The notes: generated from the letters alone by a model not told the origin. A stretch of 64,000 nt of DNA from Blastocatellia bacterium (GCA_035315885.1 DATFXM010000030.1:38619-102618); one strand, 5' to 3'; counted from the stretch's first letter, positions 26,739 to 38,200 are shown. Translations and numbers: made by a program.

Positions 26739-27887
26739 CTACGCTGCGCTGAATGATGCGCGAGCGGGCCAGTCGACGACTTGATGCTTGAAGCGTCGCT
26801 TGTCGATTTTCAACATTTTGATTTTTGATTCTAATGTAGAGGAAGGGATGCCAAGCAGCGAGGCTGCACCGAACGGCCCGGATACTCGCCCCTTGCTTTC
26901 GACAAGGGCTGCTTCGATGGCGTCTTTCTGTTGAGTCGCGAACGAGCGTTGCGAACGCATCTCCGCTCCCGCTGCCGCGGCAGCAGCGGCACGCGCCCTC
27001 GACGGTCGTGCGGAGAGCCATTGCTCATCGATGTACAACGACTCCGAGTCGGAGACGATTACCGCTCGTTCCACGAGATTCTGCAGCTCTCGCACGTTGC
27101 CAGGCCAGCCGTACGACTGCAGCAGGCTCAAAGCCTTCTTGCTGATCATGTTGATTCTTTTCCCGGCCCTCGCGGCGATGCGGTGAGTGAAGTACTCGAC
27201 AAGAAGCGGAATGTCCTCCAAACGTTCGCGCAGCGGAGGCATTTCCAGCGGAAACACGTTCAGGCGGTAATACAGATCAGATCGGAACGTCTTCTCCTCG
27301 ATGGCAGCTTCCAGGTCCCGGTTGGTCGCGGCAATCACTCGAACGTTCACGCGTATTGGGCGATTACCGCCAACGCGCTCGAACTCACGCTCTTGAAGGA
27401 CTCGTAACAGCGTCACCTGGATCTCCGCGGGAAGCTCGCCGATCTCATCAAGGAAGATCGTCCCGCCGTCCGCCAATTCGAAGCGGCCTTGTCGGCGCTG
27501 CATCGCACCGGTAAACGCGCCCTTCTCGTGGCCGAAGAGCTCCGAGGCGATGAGCGACGGAGGGATCGCAGCGCAGTTGACGCTTATAAAAGGTCCATTA
27601 CATCGTCGTGATCGCTTGTGGATCGCTCGTGCGACGATCTCCTTGCCGGTCCCGGTCTCACCAGTGATCAACACGGTCGAATCTGTTGGAGCGACTTGGG
27701 ACACTTCCGATAGTACCGATCGTAAGGACGCCGAGATGCCGACGATTCCTTCGAACATTGAAGAACTGTCCGGCTGGTCACCGAAGACGATGTTGTCTTG
27801 AAGTTCGATGTCCCGGTCTATGACATCGTAAGTTGTGCGTTCAATCGGTTCCTGAACCCGGCGATGATCAGCAAAATAATTGCTCAT
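26739..27887 (-). CDS. Sigma-54-dependent transcriptional activator (PspF-like, no sensory domain), paralog of 16569..17663
   Basis: Walker A GETGTGKE, GAFTGA, and a C-terminal HTH (AASLLGIPSSTLESKIKMLKI). Only ~45 aa precede the AAA+ core. Confidence 0.85.
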   Translation of the reverse strand: MSNYFADHRRVQEPIERTTYDVIDRDIELQDNIVFGDQPDSSSMFEGIVGISASLRSVLSEVSQVAPTDSTVLITGETGTGKEIVARAIHKRSRRCNGPFISVNCAAIPPSLIASELFGHEKGAFTGAMQRRQGRFELADGGTIFLDEIGELPAEIQVTLLRVLQEREFERVGGNRPIRVNVRVIAATNRDLEAAIEEKTFRSDLYYRLNVFPLEMPPLRERLEDIPLLVEYFTHRIAARAGKRINMISKKALSLLQSYGWPGNVRELQNLVERAVIVSDSESLYIDEQWLSARPSRARAAAAAAAGAEMRSQRSFATQQKDAIEAALVESKGRVSGPFGAASLLGIPSSTLESKIKMLKIDKRRFKHQVVDWPARASFSAA

Positions 27888-28091
27888 CGAACTCTGCTCC
27901 TTTCTTGTCTTGTGGCCACAGTTTGCTCCAATTCCGTTTTTGACGAAACCCTAGATAGTGCGAATAGAACATCCCTCGAACGTGTTAAGCGCAACCTCCC
28001 CCCTTGCAATCACTAACAGTTTCAAGCCTTTGATGGCTGCGACAAAGTCGCACCGCGAACTATATGCGAACTATATGCGATGGCTTCACTG

Positions 28092-28541
28092 TTAGAGGGA
28101 TGAGAGATTCAGGGGTGGGTTCTTGTCCTTACGTGGAGGGACGACTGTAACGCGCCTTCCAAACAACTTCGCATCTACTGAGTATGCGCCGGGCCCAAGC
28201 AGGGCGAGCGACACCGCTACGAATATTGTGTAGAGGTGGATGAGATTGCCCGAGTTGAAGGCGATCAACAGATTTGCTGCGGCAGCCACGCCCACAATCG
28301 AGGCCAGAAAGGGCGTCAAGAAGCCGACAAATAAGGAAAGGGAGATCAGACAGATTACGAGCGCTAGCACGAGCAGCACTGGGTTTGAAGAGACGCCGTG
28401 CCGGTTTGCCAGGTTCATCAGGAAGGCCGCCGCAACCAGGATACGTAGAAGCAACAGGGCGACCCCTGGTCCCCCGTGAGGAAACATCGAATACAATCGC
28501 TGCACGAGTTGAGCGTAGCTACTTTCTTTTGGGTGGAACAC
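28092..28541 (-). CDS. DoxX-family membrane protein
   Basis: 149 aa, 4 TM, with DoxX-like features (LLLRILVAAAFL...GPGAYSVD). Confidence 0.6.
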   Translation of the reverse strand: MFHPKESSYAQLVQRLYSMFPHGGPGVALLLLRILVAAAFLMNLANRHGVSSNPVLLVLALVICLISLSLFVGFLTPFLASIVGVAAAANLLIAFNSGNLIHLYTIFVAVSLALLGPGAYSVDAKLFGRRVTVVPPRKDKNPPLNLSSL

Positions 28542-28671
28542 CCGAAATCAGGCTATGGTTCAGTACCTCTTTAGAGGGATTTGCGGTTGCGTTTGCGAAG
28601 CATTCGCCCAGGAAAACGAACCGGCGAAGTGGCGTTCTCAACTCCTCAAGCAGCCTTAAACTCAAGCAACC

Positions 28672-31600
28672 CTAAAACTGAAGCTTGAGGGCAAACTGGA
28701 TCGAGCGCGGTCCGCCAATCTGATAGAGGGGATTGAGACCGCCATTGGGCCCACCGGAGCCCAGACTGTTCGCCAACGTTTGGGTGGAACGGCCAAACAG
28801 AGGACTCGTCAGGACGTTGACGGGATTGCCGAAGTTCGGATGGTTGAAGATATTGAAGAACTCGGCTCGGAATCGAAGTCCAACTTTCTCGGTAAAATGA
28901 AACTGGCGCTGCAACGCTACGTCAGCTTGCGAAGCTCGGTAACCCCTCAGCACATTGCGCCCGAGATTACCCTGGTGCCCAGCAGGCACCGCTGTAAACG
29001 CCGCGCGATTGAGTATCTTGCCTCCCGGATACTGCGACCCATGTATCTCCAGAGGCACTCCCGGGTTTACGTTGGGACGAGGTGCAAGGGCGACGCCCGC
29101 CACGAAGAAGGTTCCGCCAACAACGTTAACCGGCGGCGCTGATCTGGCGAAGATAAAAGTGTCCACCGACCAGTCGCGCAAGACTGCGTCGACAACCGTG
29201 TGCCAGTGCGGAGAAGGGATGTCGTAGGTCACGCCCGCCGTAAGAGAGTGCCGGATGTCAAAGTTGGAATCTCCGCGGTCTATGTTCGGACTAGCAATCG
29301 TGGTCGGTGTGTTGATGCTCCCTGCACTCGTATCAGTCGATGCAATATCAATCGAATGGGCGAATGTATACGACGCCACAGCTTGCAACCCGTGCGTCAA
29401 TCGGCGCTCGAATTTGAGTTGCAGGGCGTGATAGTCCGACGTTGCCGAGTTACCGGTCACACCGACGAATTGAAAATTTGGATTCGGGTTGAATAAGCTG
29501 GTTACGCGAAGCAGGTCACGTCCAATCGCACCGAGGTACGTTAGAGATATGCTTTGGCTGCTTCCGATCGACTGTTCCACGGCTATGTTCCATTGATAGC
29601 TTCGTGGCAACTTCAGTTGAGGGTCGGCGACGAAGATGTTACCAACTGGCGTATTCGTTGTAAGGGCCGGAGGCGCTGCGTCCTGAGGGCTTAACGGAAA
29701 AGCGGCCGGCGAAAGATTTCTGCTGGCACTATATGGAAAGGAACTGGAGACTACTCCGAGGGAGCCGGAACCTAGATCATAGAAGATCCCAAAACCGGCC
29801 CGGAGGACCGTGTCCCAATTGCGTCGCTCCGTGAGTTGATACGCAAGACCCACTCTGGGCGCCACGTTTCCATAGGTGGTTTCGTAAAGCGGAGTGCCGC
29901 GAGGAGCCAGGGTCATCGTCGCGGGGTTATCAAGGCCCGCTATTGCGAATGGGTCGTTCGCTGAGTTCTTGCCTTTTAGCGCCGGATTGATGTCCCACCT
30001 CAAGCCATAAGTCAGCGTCAATCGCGGAGAGACCTTCCAGGTGTCCTGGCCGTACAAGGAGAAGTTCTGTGCTAGTAGCGAGTTTGTTTGAAAAGTAGTC
30101 GGTTGGGCGAACAATGCTGTGCCGGAAAGGGCGCCCCCGGGCGTGGCCGTCACTCCCGAGAATTGTACAAACCCACGGTAGGTGAACGGACTGCTGAAAG
30201 GGGCGAGCCATCGATAGTCCACTCCAAACTTCAATTGATGAGCCCCTGTTGTCACCAATAGATTGTCAATCAGATTTATCTGGCGCTGCTCGTCAGTTCC
30301 TGACTTACCCTGACCCCACTCGCCCACGCCATTGATGAGCAATAAGAACGCGCTATTTGCTGACGAGAGCCCCGAGGGAAACAATAGTGAATCGGGAAGC
30401 GGCACAGCGCCGCCGAAAGTATCCACCGCGAATGTAGTCGCAATTCTGTTGTTGCTGTAGTTCGCCCGCACTTCGTTGGTGATTGACGGCGTGATCTGTT
30501 GTACGAGGCCGAGCGTAAAAGTGTGTACGGTGGCGGAAACCGAGTCCACTGTGCTGAGCGCCGCCGTAGTAAAGGGTGCAGCGCGTTGGTCCAGGCTCGA
30601 AGGAGAGTAGTTGTAGCGTCCAAACAAATGGAGTTTCGATGTAATAACTTGATCAACGCGGATGCTGTAGGCGTCAAGCGAAGAGGGATTCGAATAGCTT
30701 GCATTGAATTGCGCCAAGCCCGGTCCGGCTGCAGGGCCGTTTGCGACGGGATACGCGTCCAAAAAGGGACGGATGCCCGCCGGAGCCCGCTGGCGCGATA
30801 GGGCGTCTGGGACTACCGATTGCTGGGTGAATGGCTGTCGCAACCGCAGCCCCTCGTAGGAGAAGAAAAAGAACGTCCTATCTTTAAGAACTGGGCCGCC
30901 GATCACACCGCCGAAATCATTCTGCTGCTCCTCGGGTTTCGCCAGATTATTGAACTTTACAAACCAGTCTCTCGCGTCCAGCACGCCATTGCGGAAATAC
31001 TCGAACAACGTTCCGTGAAAAGCATTCGATCCGGAGCGCGTCACAACGGATATCTGACCTCCGGGAGTGCGACCGAACTCGGGTGCAAACGAAGACGTTT
31101 GGATACGAAACTCCTGCATCGCATCAACGGACACCAGGCTGTTTGTCCCGCCCGAAGCGCTGAGTGCCGGTAAAGCACCGGCTGCGCTTTGTGACAATGC
31201 CAGAAATCCAGTGACACCAAAATTGGCGCTGACCCCGTCCACCGTGAAATAGTTCGCATCCGAGCGTTGTCCGTTCACACTGAATTGACCCTGGTCGATT
31301 AGACTTGCCGCAGTCGGCACAACACCAGGCGCCAGCATGATCAACGTCTGGAAGCTTCGGCCATTCAGAGGAAGTCTCTCGACAAACCTCCGGTCAATCA
31401 CGGTGCTGACCGTTGCCGACTCGGTATTAACCAAAGGCGCGCCCGCTTCGATGGTGATGCTGTCGGACACGGAACCAACTGCCAGTTCGAAATCGATTTC
31501 GAGAGAATCCTGAACGTGAAGGATCACGTCGGGCTTAATCAGCTTTTTGAAGCCGGCCTTCTCGACTTCAATGCGATAAGCGCCTGGAGGGAGATTTGTC

Positions 31601-31800
31601 AGGTAGTATTGCCCCGAGTTGTTGGTGGTGGTTTCGTAACGCACGTTTGTGTCCGCGGTGATCGCGGCGACTTTGCTGTCGGCGATCAAGGCCTTGGCGG
31701 GATCGGTTATGCGGCCTGTGAGCGAAGCATTCGTGGATTGGGCACAGATAGCACACGCAAAAAACGCAACGAGGACGAAGGCGAATACGACTCGATGCAT
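28672..31800 (-). CDS. TonB-dependent outer-membrane receptor with an N-terminal carboxypeptidase-regulatory-like (CarboxypepD_reg) domain
   Basis: 1042 aa. Signal peptide, CarboxypepD_reg-like segment (GRITDPAKALIADSKVAAITADTNVRYETTTNNSGQYYLTNLPPGAYRIEVEKAGF), plug/barrel, and a C-terminal aromatic residue (..ALKLQF). Confidence 0.8.
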   Translation of the reverse strand: MHRVVFAFVLVAFFACAICAQSTNASLTGRITDPAKALIADSKVAAITADTNVRYETTTNNSGQYYLTNLPPGAYRIEVEKAGFKKLIKPDVILHVQDSLEIDFELAVGSVSDSITIEAGAPLVNTESATVSTVIDRRFVERLPLNGRSFQTLIMLAPGVVPTAASLIDQGQFSVNGQRSDANYFTVDGVSANFGVTGFLALSQSAAGALPALSASGGTNSLVSVDAMQEFRIQTSSFAPEFGRTPGGQISVVTRSGSNAFHGTLFEYFRNGVLDARDWFVKFNNLAKPEEQQNDFGGVIGGPVLKDRTFFFFSYEGLRLRQPFTQQSVVPDALSRQRAPAGIRPFLDAYPVANGPAAGPGLAQFNASYSNPSSLDAYSIRVDQVITSKLHLFGRYNYSPSSLDQRAAPFTTAALSTVDSVSATVHTFTLGLVQQITPSITNEVRANYSNNRIATTFAVDTFGGAVPLPDSLLFPSGLSSANSAFLLLINGVGEWGQGKSGTDEQRQINLIDNLLVTTGAHQLKFGVDYRWLAPFSSPFTYRGFVQFSGVTATPGGALSGTALFAQPTTFQTNSLLAQNFSLYGQDTWKVSPRLTLTYGLRWDINPALKGKNSANDPFAIAGLDNPATMTLAPRGTPLYETTYGNVAPRVGLAYQLTERRNWDTVLRAGFGIFYDLGSGSLGVVSSSFPYSASRNLSPAAFPLSPQDAAPPALTTNTPVGNIFVADPQLKLPRSYQWNIAVEQSIGSSQSISLTYLGAIGRDLLRVTSLFNPNPNFQFVGVTGNSATSDYHALQLKFERRLTHGLQAVASYTFAHSIDIASTDTSAGSINTPTTIASPNIDRGDSNFDIRHSLTAGVTYDIPSPHWHTVVDAVLRDWSVDTFIFARSAPPVNVVGGTFFVAGVALAPRPNVNPGVPLEIHGSQYPGGKILNRAAFTAVPAGHQGNLGRNVLRGYRASQADVALQRQFHFTEKVGLRFRAEFFNIFNHPNFGNPVNVLTSPLFGRSTQTLANSLGSGGPNGGLNPLYQIGGPRSIQFALKLQF

Positions 31801-32173
31801 AAGAGTTGACCTGGGGGAAACGATCAGCGTCGAGGCTAGCGCCGGACTCGCTGTTGGTCAATCCCCATATCTCGCTATGGGCCACTCCCCAAATGGAGTT
31901 AGGTATTCTTGCCTTAATAGAGTGATGCTCACAGTTCCAGTCGACCGGTACATTCTACTAAGACCCATTGGATAGCGTGGCTTGGGGTGGAGCTACGGGT
32001 ATCCGGGGCGCGCGACCGATAGAGGAGCATGGAATTGCACGAACGGAATTCCGTTGTCGCCCGTACGGTCTAACAGTCATTGATGCCGGTAAGTTTCCTG
32101 TTGGCTTTAAACGAGGTCTTTCGCGGTCGCAGCTTCGCAGTGTGAGGTCAGAATGCGATAAGATTTCACGGCC

Positions 32174-35100
32174 ATGGAAAGTGCTAGGGGACTAGGACGA
32201 TTCATGCTTGCGCCGGGCCTTGTACTGGCTTGGACGCTGATTGCATCGTGTCCGTCTGCCTTGGCACTGAATCCGGCGTTGGACGTCAGTCAGTACGCGC
32301 ACACGTCGTGGAAGATCGGCGACGGGTTTTTCAAAGGCAGGATCTCGTCCATTGCTCAGACTGCCGACGGCTATCTTTGGCTAAGCACGGACTTCGGCGT
32401 GCTTCGGTTCGACGGCGTTAGATTCGTCCCATGGCAGCCGCCGGGCGATCAGCCCTTGCCGTCGAGCACCGTATTTCACCTGTTAGGCTCGCACGATGGG
32501 ACGCTTTGGATTGGTACCGACAAAGGCCTGGCAAGTTGGAAGGAAGGGAGGCTCACTCGGTACCCCGAGCTGGATGGACAAACTGTGTCTGCGCTCCTGG
32601 AGGATCGCGAAGGCGCGGTTTGGGTCGGCAATTATTCGCTTGAGGTCGCTCCGACTGGAAAACTCTGTGTAATTCAGGATGGTCGCATTCAGTGCTACGG
32701 AGGTGATGGAGCCTTTGGCCGTGGAGTGTTTAATCTCTATGAGGACAAGGGGGGACGTCTCTGGGTTTCCGGGGAGAGCGGAATCTGGCGGTGGAAACCG
32801 GGACCGCCCGAGTTCATTCCAGTGCCCGGTATCAGGCACGGCTCAGGGAATCTCGCTGAAGACCTTGACGGCACCCTGTTGATCACCACGGAGGGCGGAA
32901 TCAAACGACTCGTCGTTGGAAAGGTGGAATCCTATCTTCTTCCAGGTGCAGTGACTCCGTACCAAGTCTTCAGAATATTCCGTGATCGCGATGGGTGCTT
33001 TTGGGTCGGAACCGTGGATCGGGGCATACTGCATGGTCACCAGGGAAGGACAGACGTGTTCTCGAGGTCCGACGGTCTTTCGAGCGAAAGCGCTTCACGC
33101 TTTTTCGAGGATTTTGAAGGCAACATTTGGGTCTGTACGAACACCGGCCTCGATCGATTTCGCGAGTTTGCTGTCCCTAATTTCAGTGTGCGGCAAGGTT
33201 TGTCAGTTGCGACTGTCGCCTCGGTTCTGGCGCTCAGGGATGGGGGCTTGTTGGTCGCCACCTTTGGTGGCTTGAATCGATGGAATAAGGATCAATTCAA
33301 TGTTTACGGCAGCAGCAACGCACGGGGACAGCAAGGCACAAATGTGCCGTACGCTCTCTTTCAAGACGCTCGAGGACGAATCTGGGGCATCGGGCAACAC
33401 GCGTTCGGATATCTGGAGAACGACAGGTTTATTCCTATCAATGGCATTCCGGGCGGAGTTGGTCGTGCCATCGGTGAGGACAATGCTGGCGATCTGTGGA
33501 TTGCTAATCAGAATCTCGGTTTGTTTCATCTGCGCGGGAGCGAGCTGATCGAGAAGCTTCCGTGGGACAAGCTCGGACATCAGGACTTTGCTACGGCCCT
33601 TGCTGCCGATCCTGTGAGAGGGGGGATATGGGTTGGTTTTTTTTACGGTGGCCTGACTTACTTCAAGGACGGTCAGGTCCAGACATCCTATGGAGTCGCG
33701 AATGGATTGGGAGAAGGGCGAGTTAACGACATTCGGCTCGATCGTGACGGTACGCTCTGGGCCACCACCGAAGGTGGACTGAGTCGGTTGAAAGACAACC
33801 GTTTCGCGACTCTTACAAGCAAGAATGGATTGCCGTGCGATACGATTCATTGGCTCATCGAAGACAACGACCATTCGTTATGGCTCGACACGAGGTGCGG
33901 CCTGTTGCGGATCGCGCGAGAGGATTGGGCCGGCTGGGTCGCCGCGGCGGAAACAGGTGACGATACGAAGCTGAAGGTACAGGCGCGGGTTTTCGATAAT
34001 TCGGATGGGGTCAATAGTCTGGCTTATCCGATCGGCCTCAGTCCTCAGGTCGTGAAGACCGCCGATGGCAAACTGTGGTTTCCCGGTTTGGACGGAGTCA
34101 GCGTTGTAGATCCTCGCCACCTTCCATTCAACGATTTGCTGCCGATGGTGCACGTGGAACAGCTAATCGCTAACCACCAGACCTACGATACGACTCTCGA
34201 TGTGGGGCGGGTGCGCCTGCCGTCCTTAATTCGTGATTTGGAGATCGACTATACTGCCCTCAGCCTGGTCGCACCGGAAAAAGTATTCTTCCGCTACAAG
34301 CTGGAAGGCTTTGATCAAGATTGGCAAGACGCGGGCAATCGGCGCCAGGCGTTCTATACGAATCTCCCACCGCGCAGCTACCGCTTCCGAGTGATGGCTT
34401 GCAATAACTGCGGCGTATGGAACGAGGTCGGGACATTTCTGGATTTCTCCATCGCCCCGGCGTACTACCAGACGATCTGGTTTCGTCTGGGGTGTGTGGC
34501 AGCGTTTGTTGTATTGGTCGTAGCGGTTTATAGACTGCGAGTGCGCCAGGTGGCGCAGCGCGTTCAAGGACGTATGGAGGAACGACTCGACGAGCGCGAA
34601 AGGATCGCCCGAGACTTGCACGATACATTGCTTCAGAGCGTGCAGGGATTGATCCTGAAGATTCACGCGGTCGCACAACGAATCCCCGATAAAGCGGCTC
34701 GTGACGGCTTAGAGAAAGCCCTGGATCGAGCAGACGAGGTCCTTGCGGAGGGAAGAGATCGCGTTCGAAACCTTCGGGGCAACACCATACCGTTCGGCGG
34801 CTTGCCTGCGGCATTCCAGCGCGTCGCCGAAGAAACACCGCAGGGCCGCGAAACAACTTTTAAAACGGTGGTTGAAGGGCGGGTGCGGTTGCTGCACCCG
34901 TTGATTCGCGAGGAGACCTTTTCAATTGGGCGAGAGGCGCTGATCAATGCGCTAACGCATTCCAAAGGGCATCACGTTGAAGTGGAGATCATCTACGACG
35001 CGCGACAGTTCCGGGTAAGGATCCGAGACGATGGACGTGGGTTCGATCCGAAGATTCTTGAGGACGGTGGCCGACCTGGTCACTGGGGGCTGCAAGGAAT

Positions 35101-35272
35101 GCAAGAGCGCTCCGACAGGATTGGAGCACAACTGAAGATATGGAGCCGTCCTGAAACCGGAACCGAAATCGAGTTGATAATTCCCGGGAGCACGGCCTAT
35201 CAAACGTCTAGTGCCAACGCTAAGAGTTCCTGGTTTGGTCGTTCTTCCGGCGACGACGGCAAGCAAGAGTGA
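32174..35272 (+). CDS. Sensor histidine kinase with a large periplasmic two-component-regulator beta-propeller/Y_Y_Y domain, HisKA_3 and HATPase_c
   Basis: 1032 aa. Signal peptide, ~700-aa propeller region, TM (IWFRLGCVAAFVVLVVAVY), HisKA_3 H-box (ERERIARDLHDTLLQ), and an ATPase domain (RDDGRGFDP...GHWGLQGMQERS). Confidence 0.8.
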   Translation: MESARGLGRFMLAPGLVLAWTLIASCPSALALNPALDVSQYAHTSWKIGDGFFKGRISSIAQTADGYLWLSTDFGVLRFDGVRFVPWQPPGDQPLPSSTVFHLLGSHDGTLWIGTDKGLASWKEGRLTRYPELDGQTVSALLEDREGAVWVGNYSLEVAPTGKLCVIQDGRIQCYGGDGAFGRGVFNLYEDKGGRLWVSGESGIWRWKPGPPEFIPVPGIRHGSGNLAEDLDGTLLITTEGGIKRLVVGKVESYLLPGAVTPYQVFRIFRDRDGCFWVGTVDRGILHGHQGRTDVFSRSDGLSSESASRFFEDFEGNIWVCTNTGLDRFREFAVPNFSVRQGLSVATVASVLALRDGGLLVATFGGLNRWNKDQFNVYGSSNARGQQGTNVPYALFQDARGRIWGIGQHAFGYLENDRFIPINGIPGGVGRAIGEDNAGDLWIANQNLGLFHLRGSELIEKLPWDKLGHQDFATALAADPVRGGIWVGFFYGGLTYFKDGQVQTSYGVANGLGEGRVNDIRLDRDGTLWATTEGGLSRLKDNRFATLTSKNGLPCDTIHWLIEDNDHSLWLDTRCGLLRIAREDWAGWVAAAETGDDTKLKVQARVFDNSDGVNSLAYPIGLSPQVVKTADGKLWFPGLDGVSVVDPRHLPFNDLLPMVHVEQLIANHQTYDTTLDVGRVRLPSLIRDLEIDYTALSLVAPEKVFFRYKLEGFDQDWQDAGNRRQAFYTNLPPRSYRFRVMACNNCGVWNEVGTFLDFSIAPAYYQTIWFRLGCVAAFVVLVVAVYRLRVRQVAQRVQGRMEERLDERERIARDLHDTLLQSVQGLILKIHAVAQRIPDKAARDGLEKALDRADEVLAEGRDRVRNLRGNTIPFGGLPAAFQRVAEETPQGRETTFKTVVEGRVRLLHPLIREETFSIGREALINALTHSKGHHVEVEIIYDARQFRVRIRDDGRGFDPKILEDGGRPGHWGLQGMQERSDRIGAQLKIWSRPETGTEIELIIPGSTAYQTSSANAKSSWFGRSSGDDGKQE

Positions 35273-35293
35273 ATCAAGTAGTGACATGAGAAT

Positions 35294-38200
35294 GTGAGCC
35301 GCATGGCGAACGTAGAGAGACGAGGAAGATTTCTTTTCGGGCCGAGCATTCTGGGCTGGATGCTCCTTGGCTGGATGCTGCTTGCGTCGTCTCCTCCCGC
35401 ATTCGCCTTGAATCCGGCGTTGGACGTCAGTCAATACGCTCACACCTCGTGGAAGAACCGCGAAGGTTTTTCCAAAGGACGGATTGACGCCATTGCTCAA
35501 ACGCGCGATGGCTATCTCTGGCTGGGTACGGAGTTCGGGCTGCTTCGCTTCGACGGCGTCAGGGTCGTCCGATGGGAACCGCCAGCCGATCAGCACCTGC
35601 CGTCGAGCGTGATTATCAACCTGCTCGCCGGCAGCGATGGGAGCCTTTGGATTGGCACCGATAAAGGTTTGGCAAGTTTGAAGGACGGGAGGGTGACACT
35701 GTACTCCCAGGTTGGCGAGGAATTTGTGTTTGCGCTCCTTGAGGATCGTGACGGCGCGGTCTGGGTTGGTAGTTATTCGTTCGATGCCGTTCTGAAGAAA
35801 AATCTCTTTGTAATTCACAATGGCAGCATCGAGAGCCTGGGAGAGGGCCGATCTGTTGGCGCTGGAGTGTTGAATTTGTATGAGGACAAGAGGGGATTTA
35901 TCTGGGCCTCTGGCTCGGGTGGAATTTGGCGATTGAAGCCGGGTCCACCTGAATTCTTTCAAGTGCCCGGTTTTGTGCCCGGCAAACAGATTCTTGCTGA
36001 AGACTTTGACGGCGCTCTCCTGATTGGCACAGAGGTCGGAATCAAACGGCTCATCGATGGGAAAATACAGGCTTATGTTCTCCCAGATTTTGCGCAGCCG
36101 TTGCGAGCCCTAACAGTGTTTCGAGATCGGGATGGCGGTCTGTGGATTGGAACCCCTAACCGAGGGATCACACATGTACACCAGGGGAGAACAGATGTAT
36201 TTGCCGCATCCGACGGGCTTTCGAGCGACTTTGTCTCATCCTTTTTCGAGGATTCTGAAGGCAACATCTGGGTGGCCACCTTAAACGGTCTCGACCGCTT
36301 TCGCGAGTTTGCCGTCCCCGCGTTTACCCGAAAGCAGGGTCTATCATCATATGAAGACCTCTCATCCGTCCTGGTGGTCAGGGATGGAAGCCTGTTGGTC
36401 GCGGCAGGCGATGGCTTGAATCGATGGAACAACGGGCAATTTACTGCCGTTGGGGCTGGCACCAGACGCCTGGATGTGCCGAGGTCGCTTTTTCAAGATT
36501 CTCACGGGCGAATCTGGGCGGTCAGCATAGACCAGTTCGGCTACCTTGAGAATGATCGGTTTATTGCCATCACCGGCATTCCGGCTGGAGTTGTGCGTGG
36601 CATTGTTGAGGACGCTGCCGGCGATCTGTGGATTGCTAACCAGAATCTCGGATTGTTTCATCTGCGTGGGAGCCAGATCATCGAACAGATTCCGTGGATT
36701 AAGTTTGGACATAGAGACTTTGCCGCGTCGCTTGCCTTTGATCCGGTGCGAGGCGGAGTATGGATTGGATTCTTCAAAGGTGGCCTCACTTATTTCAAGG
36801 ACGGCAGCGTTCAGTCGTCGTATAGCACCGATAATGGGCTCGGTAAAGGACTGGTTAACGATCTACGGGTCGATTCTGATGGTGCGCTATTTGTCGCCAC
36901 CGAGGGCGGACTGAGCCGGCTGAAAAACAACCACTTCGCCACACTCACAAACAGTAATGGATTACCCTGCGATACGATTCATTGGCTCATCGAAGACGAC
37001 GACCATTCCTTATGGCTTAACACAACGTGCGGTTTGGTGCGCATCACGCGCGTCGAGTGGGATCGTTGGGCCGCCGCGGCGGACACCGGCGAGGATACGA
37101 AGGTCAAGGTACAGGCCACCGTTTTCGACATGTCCGACGGGGTTAGCAGTCGCTCCTATCCTATCGGATTTGTCCCTCAGGTCGCCAAGTCCAAGGATGG
37201 CAAACTGTGGTTTCCTAGTTACGACGGAGTCAGCGTCGTAGATCCGCGCCATCTTCCATTCAACAACCTCCTGCCGCTAGTGCATGTGGAACAGCTAATC
37301 GCCAACCACCAGACCTACGATACGACTCTCGATGTCGGACGAGTGCGACTGCCGTCCCTAATTCGCGATTTGGAGATCGACTATACTGCCCTCAGCCTGG
37401 TCGCACCGGAAAAAGTATTCTTCCGTTATAAGCTGGAAGGCTTCGATCAAGATTGGCAAGACGCGGGCAGTCGGCGCCAGGCGTTCTATACGAATCTCCC
37501 ACCGCGCAGCTACCGCTTCCGAGTGATGGCCTGCAATAATTGCGGCGTATGGAACGAGGTCGGGACATTTCTGGATTTTTCCATCGCCCCGGCGTACTAC
37601 CAGACCATCTGGTTTCGTTTGGCGTGTGTGGCTGCGTTCCTTGTCATGCTCGCAGCAGTTTATAAGCTCCGCGTGCGTCAGGTCGCGCGGACCGTTCAAG
37701 GACGCATGGAGGGGCGGCTCGACGAACGGGAGAGGATCGCCCGAGACTTGCACGACACGTTGCTTCAGAGTGTGCAGGGATTGATCCTGAAGATTCATGC
37801 GATCGCGAAACGAACTCGCGATGAAGGGTCTCGTGACGACTTAGAGAAAGCCCTCGATCGAGCAGACGAGGTTCTTGCGGAGGGAAGAGATCGCGTCCGG
37901 AGTCTGCGCGGCGCTATGGATTCGCTCTGCGACTTACCGGCAGCATTCAAGCGGGTCGCGGAGGACAACCAACCGTCACGCAGAGTGACCTTTAAGACCG
38001 TCGTAGAAGGCAGCTCGCGAGAGCTGCACCCTCTCGTTCTTGAAGAATCTTTTTGCATCGGACGTGAAGCAGTAATTAATGCTCTTACACATTCAAAGGG
38101 GCATCACGTCGAAGTAGAGATCACGTACGAACCCAAACAGTTTCGCTTGCGGGTGCGCGACGATGGCCATGGCTTCGACCCAAAGATTCTCGAAGATGGC

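Noticed and set aside
28053-28078. Tandem duplication GCGAACTATAT x2 upstream of the DoxX gene
   Set aside because: Only two short copies with no dyad symmetry or further occurrences in the window. Most likely replication slippage, so it is not reported as a feature.
27887-28092. TGGCCACAGTTTGCTCC upstream region of bEBP-B, considered as a sigma-54 promoter
   Set aside because: It is on the wrong strand for the minus-strand bEBP gene, and its GG-GC spacing is 9 rather than 10 nt.
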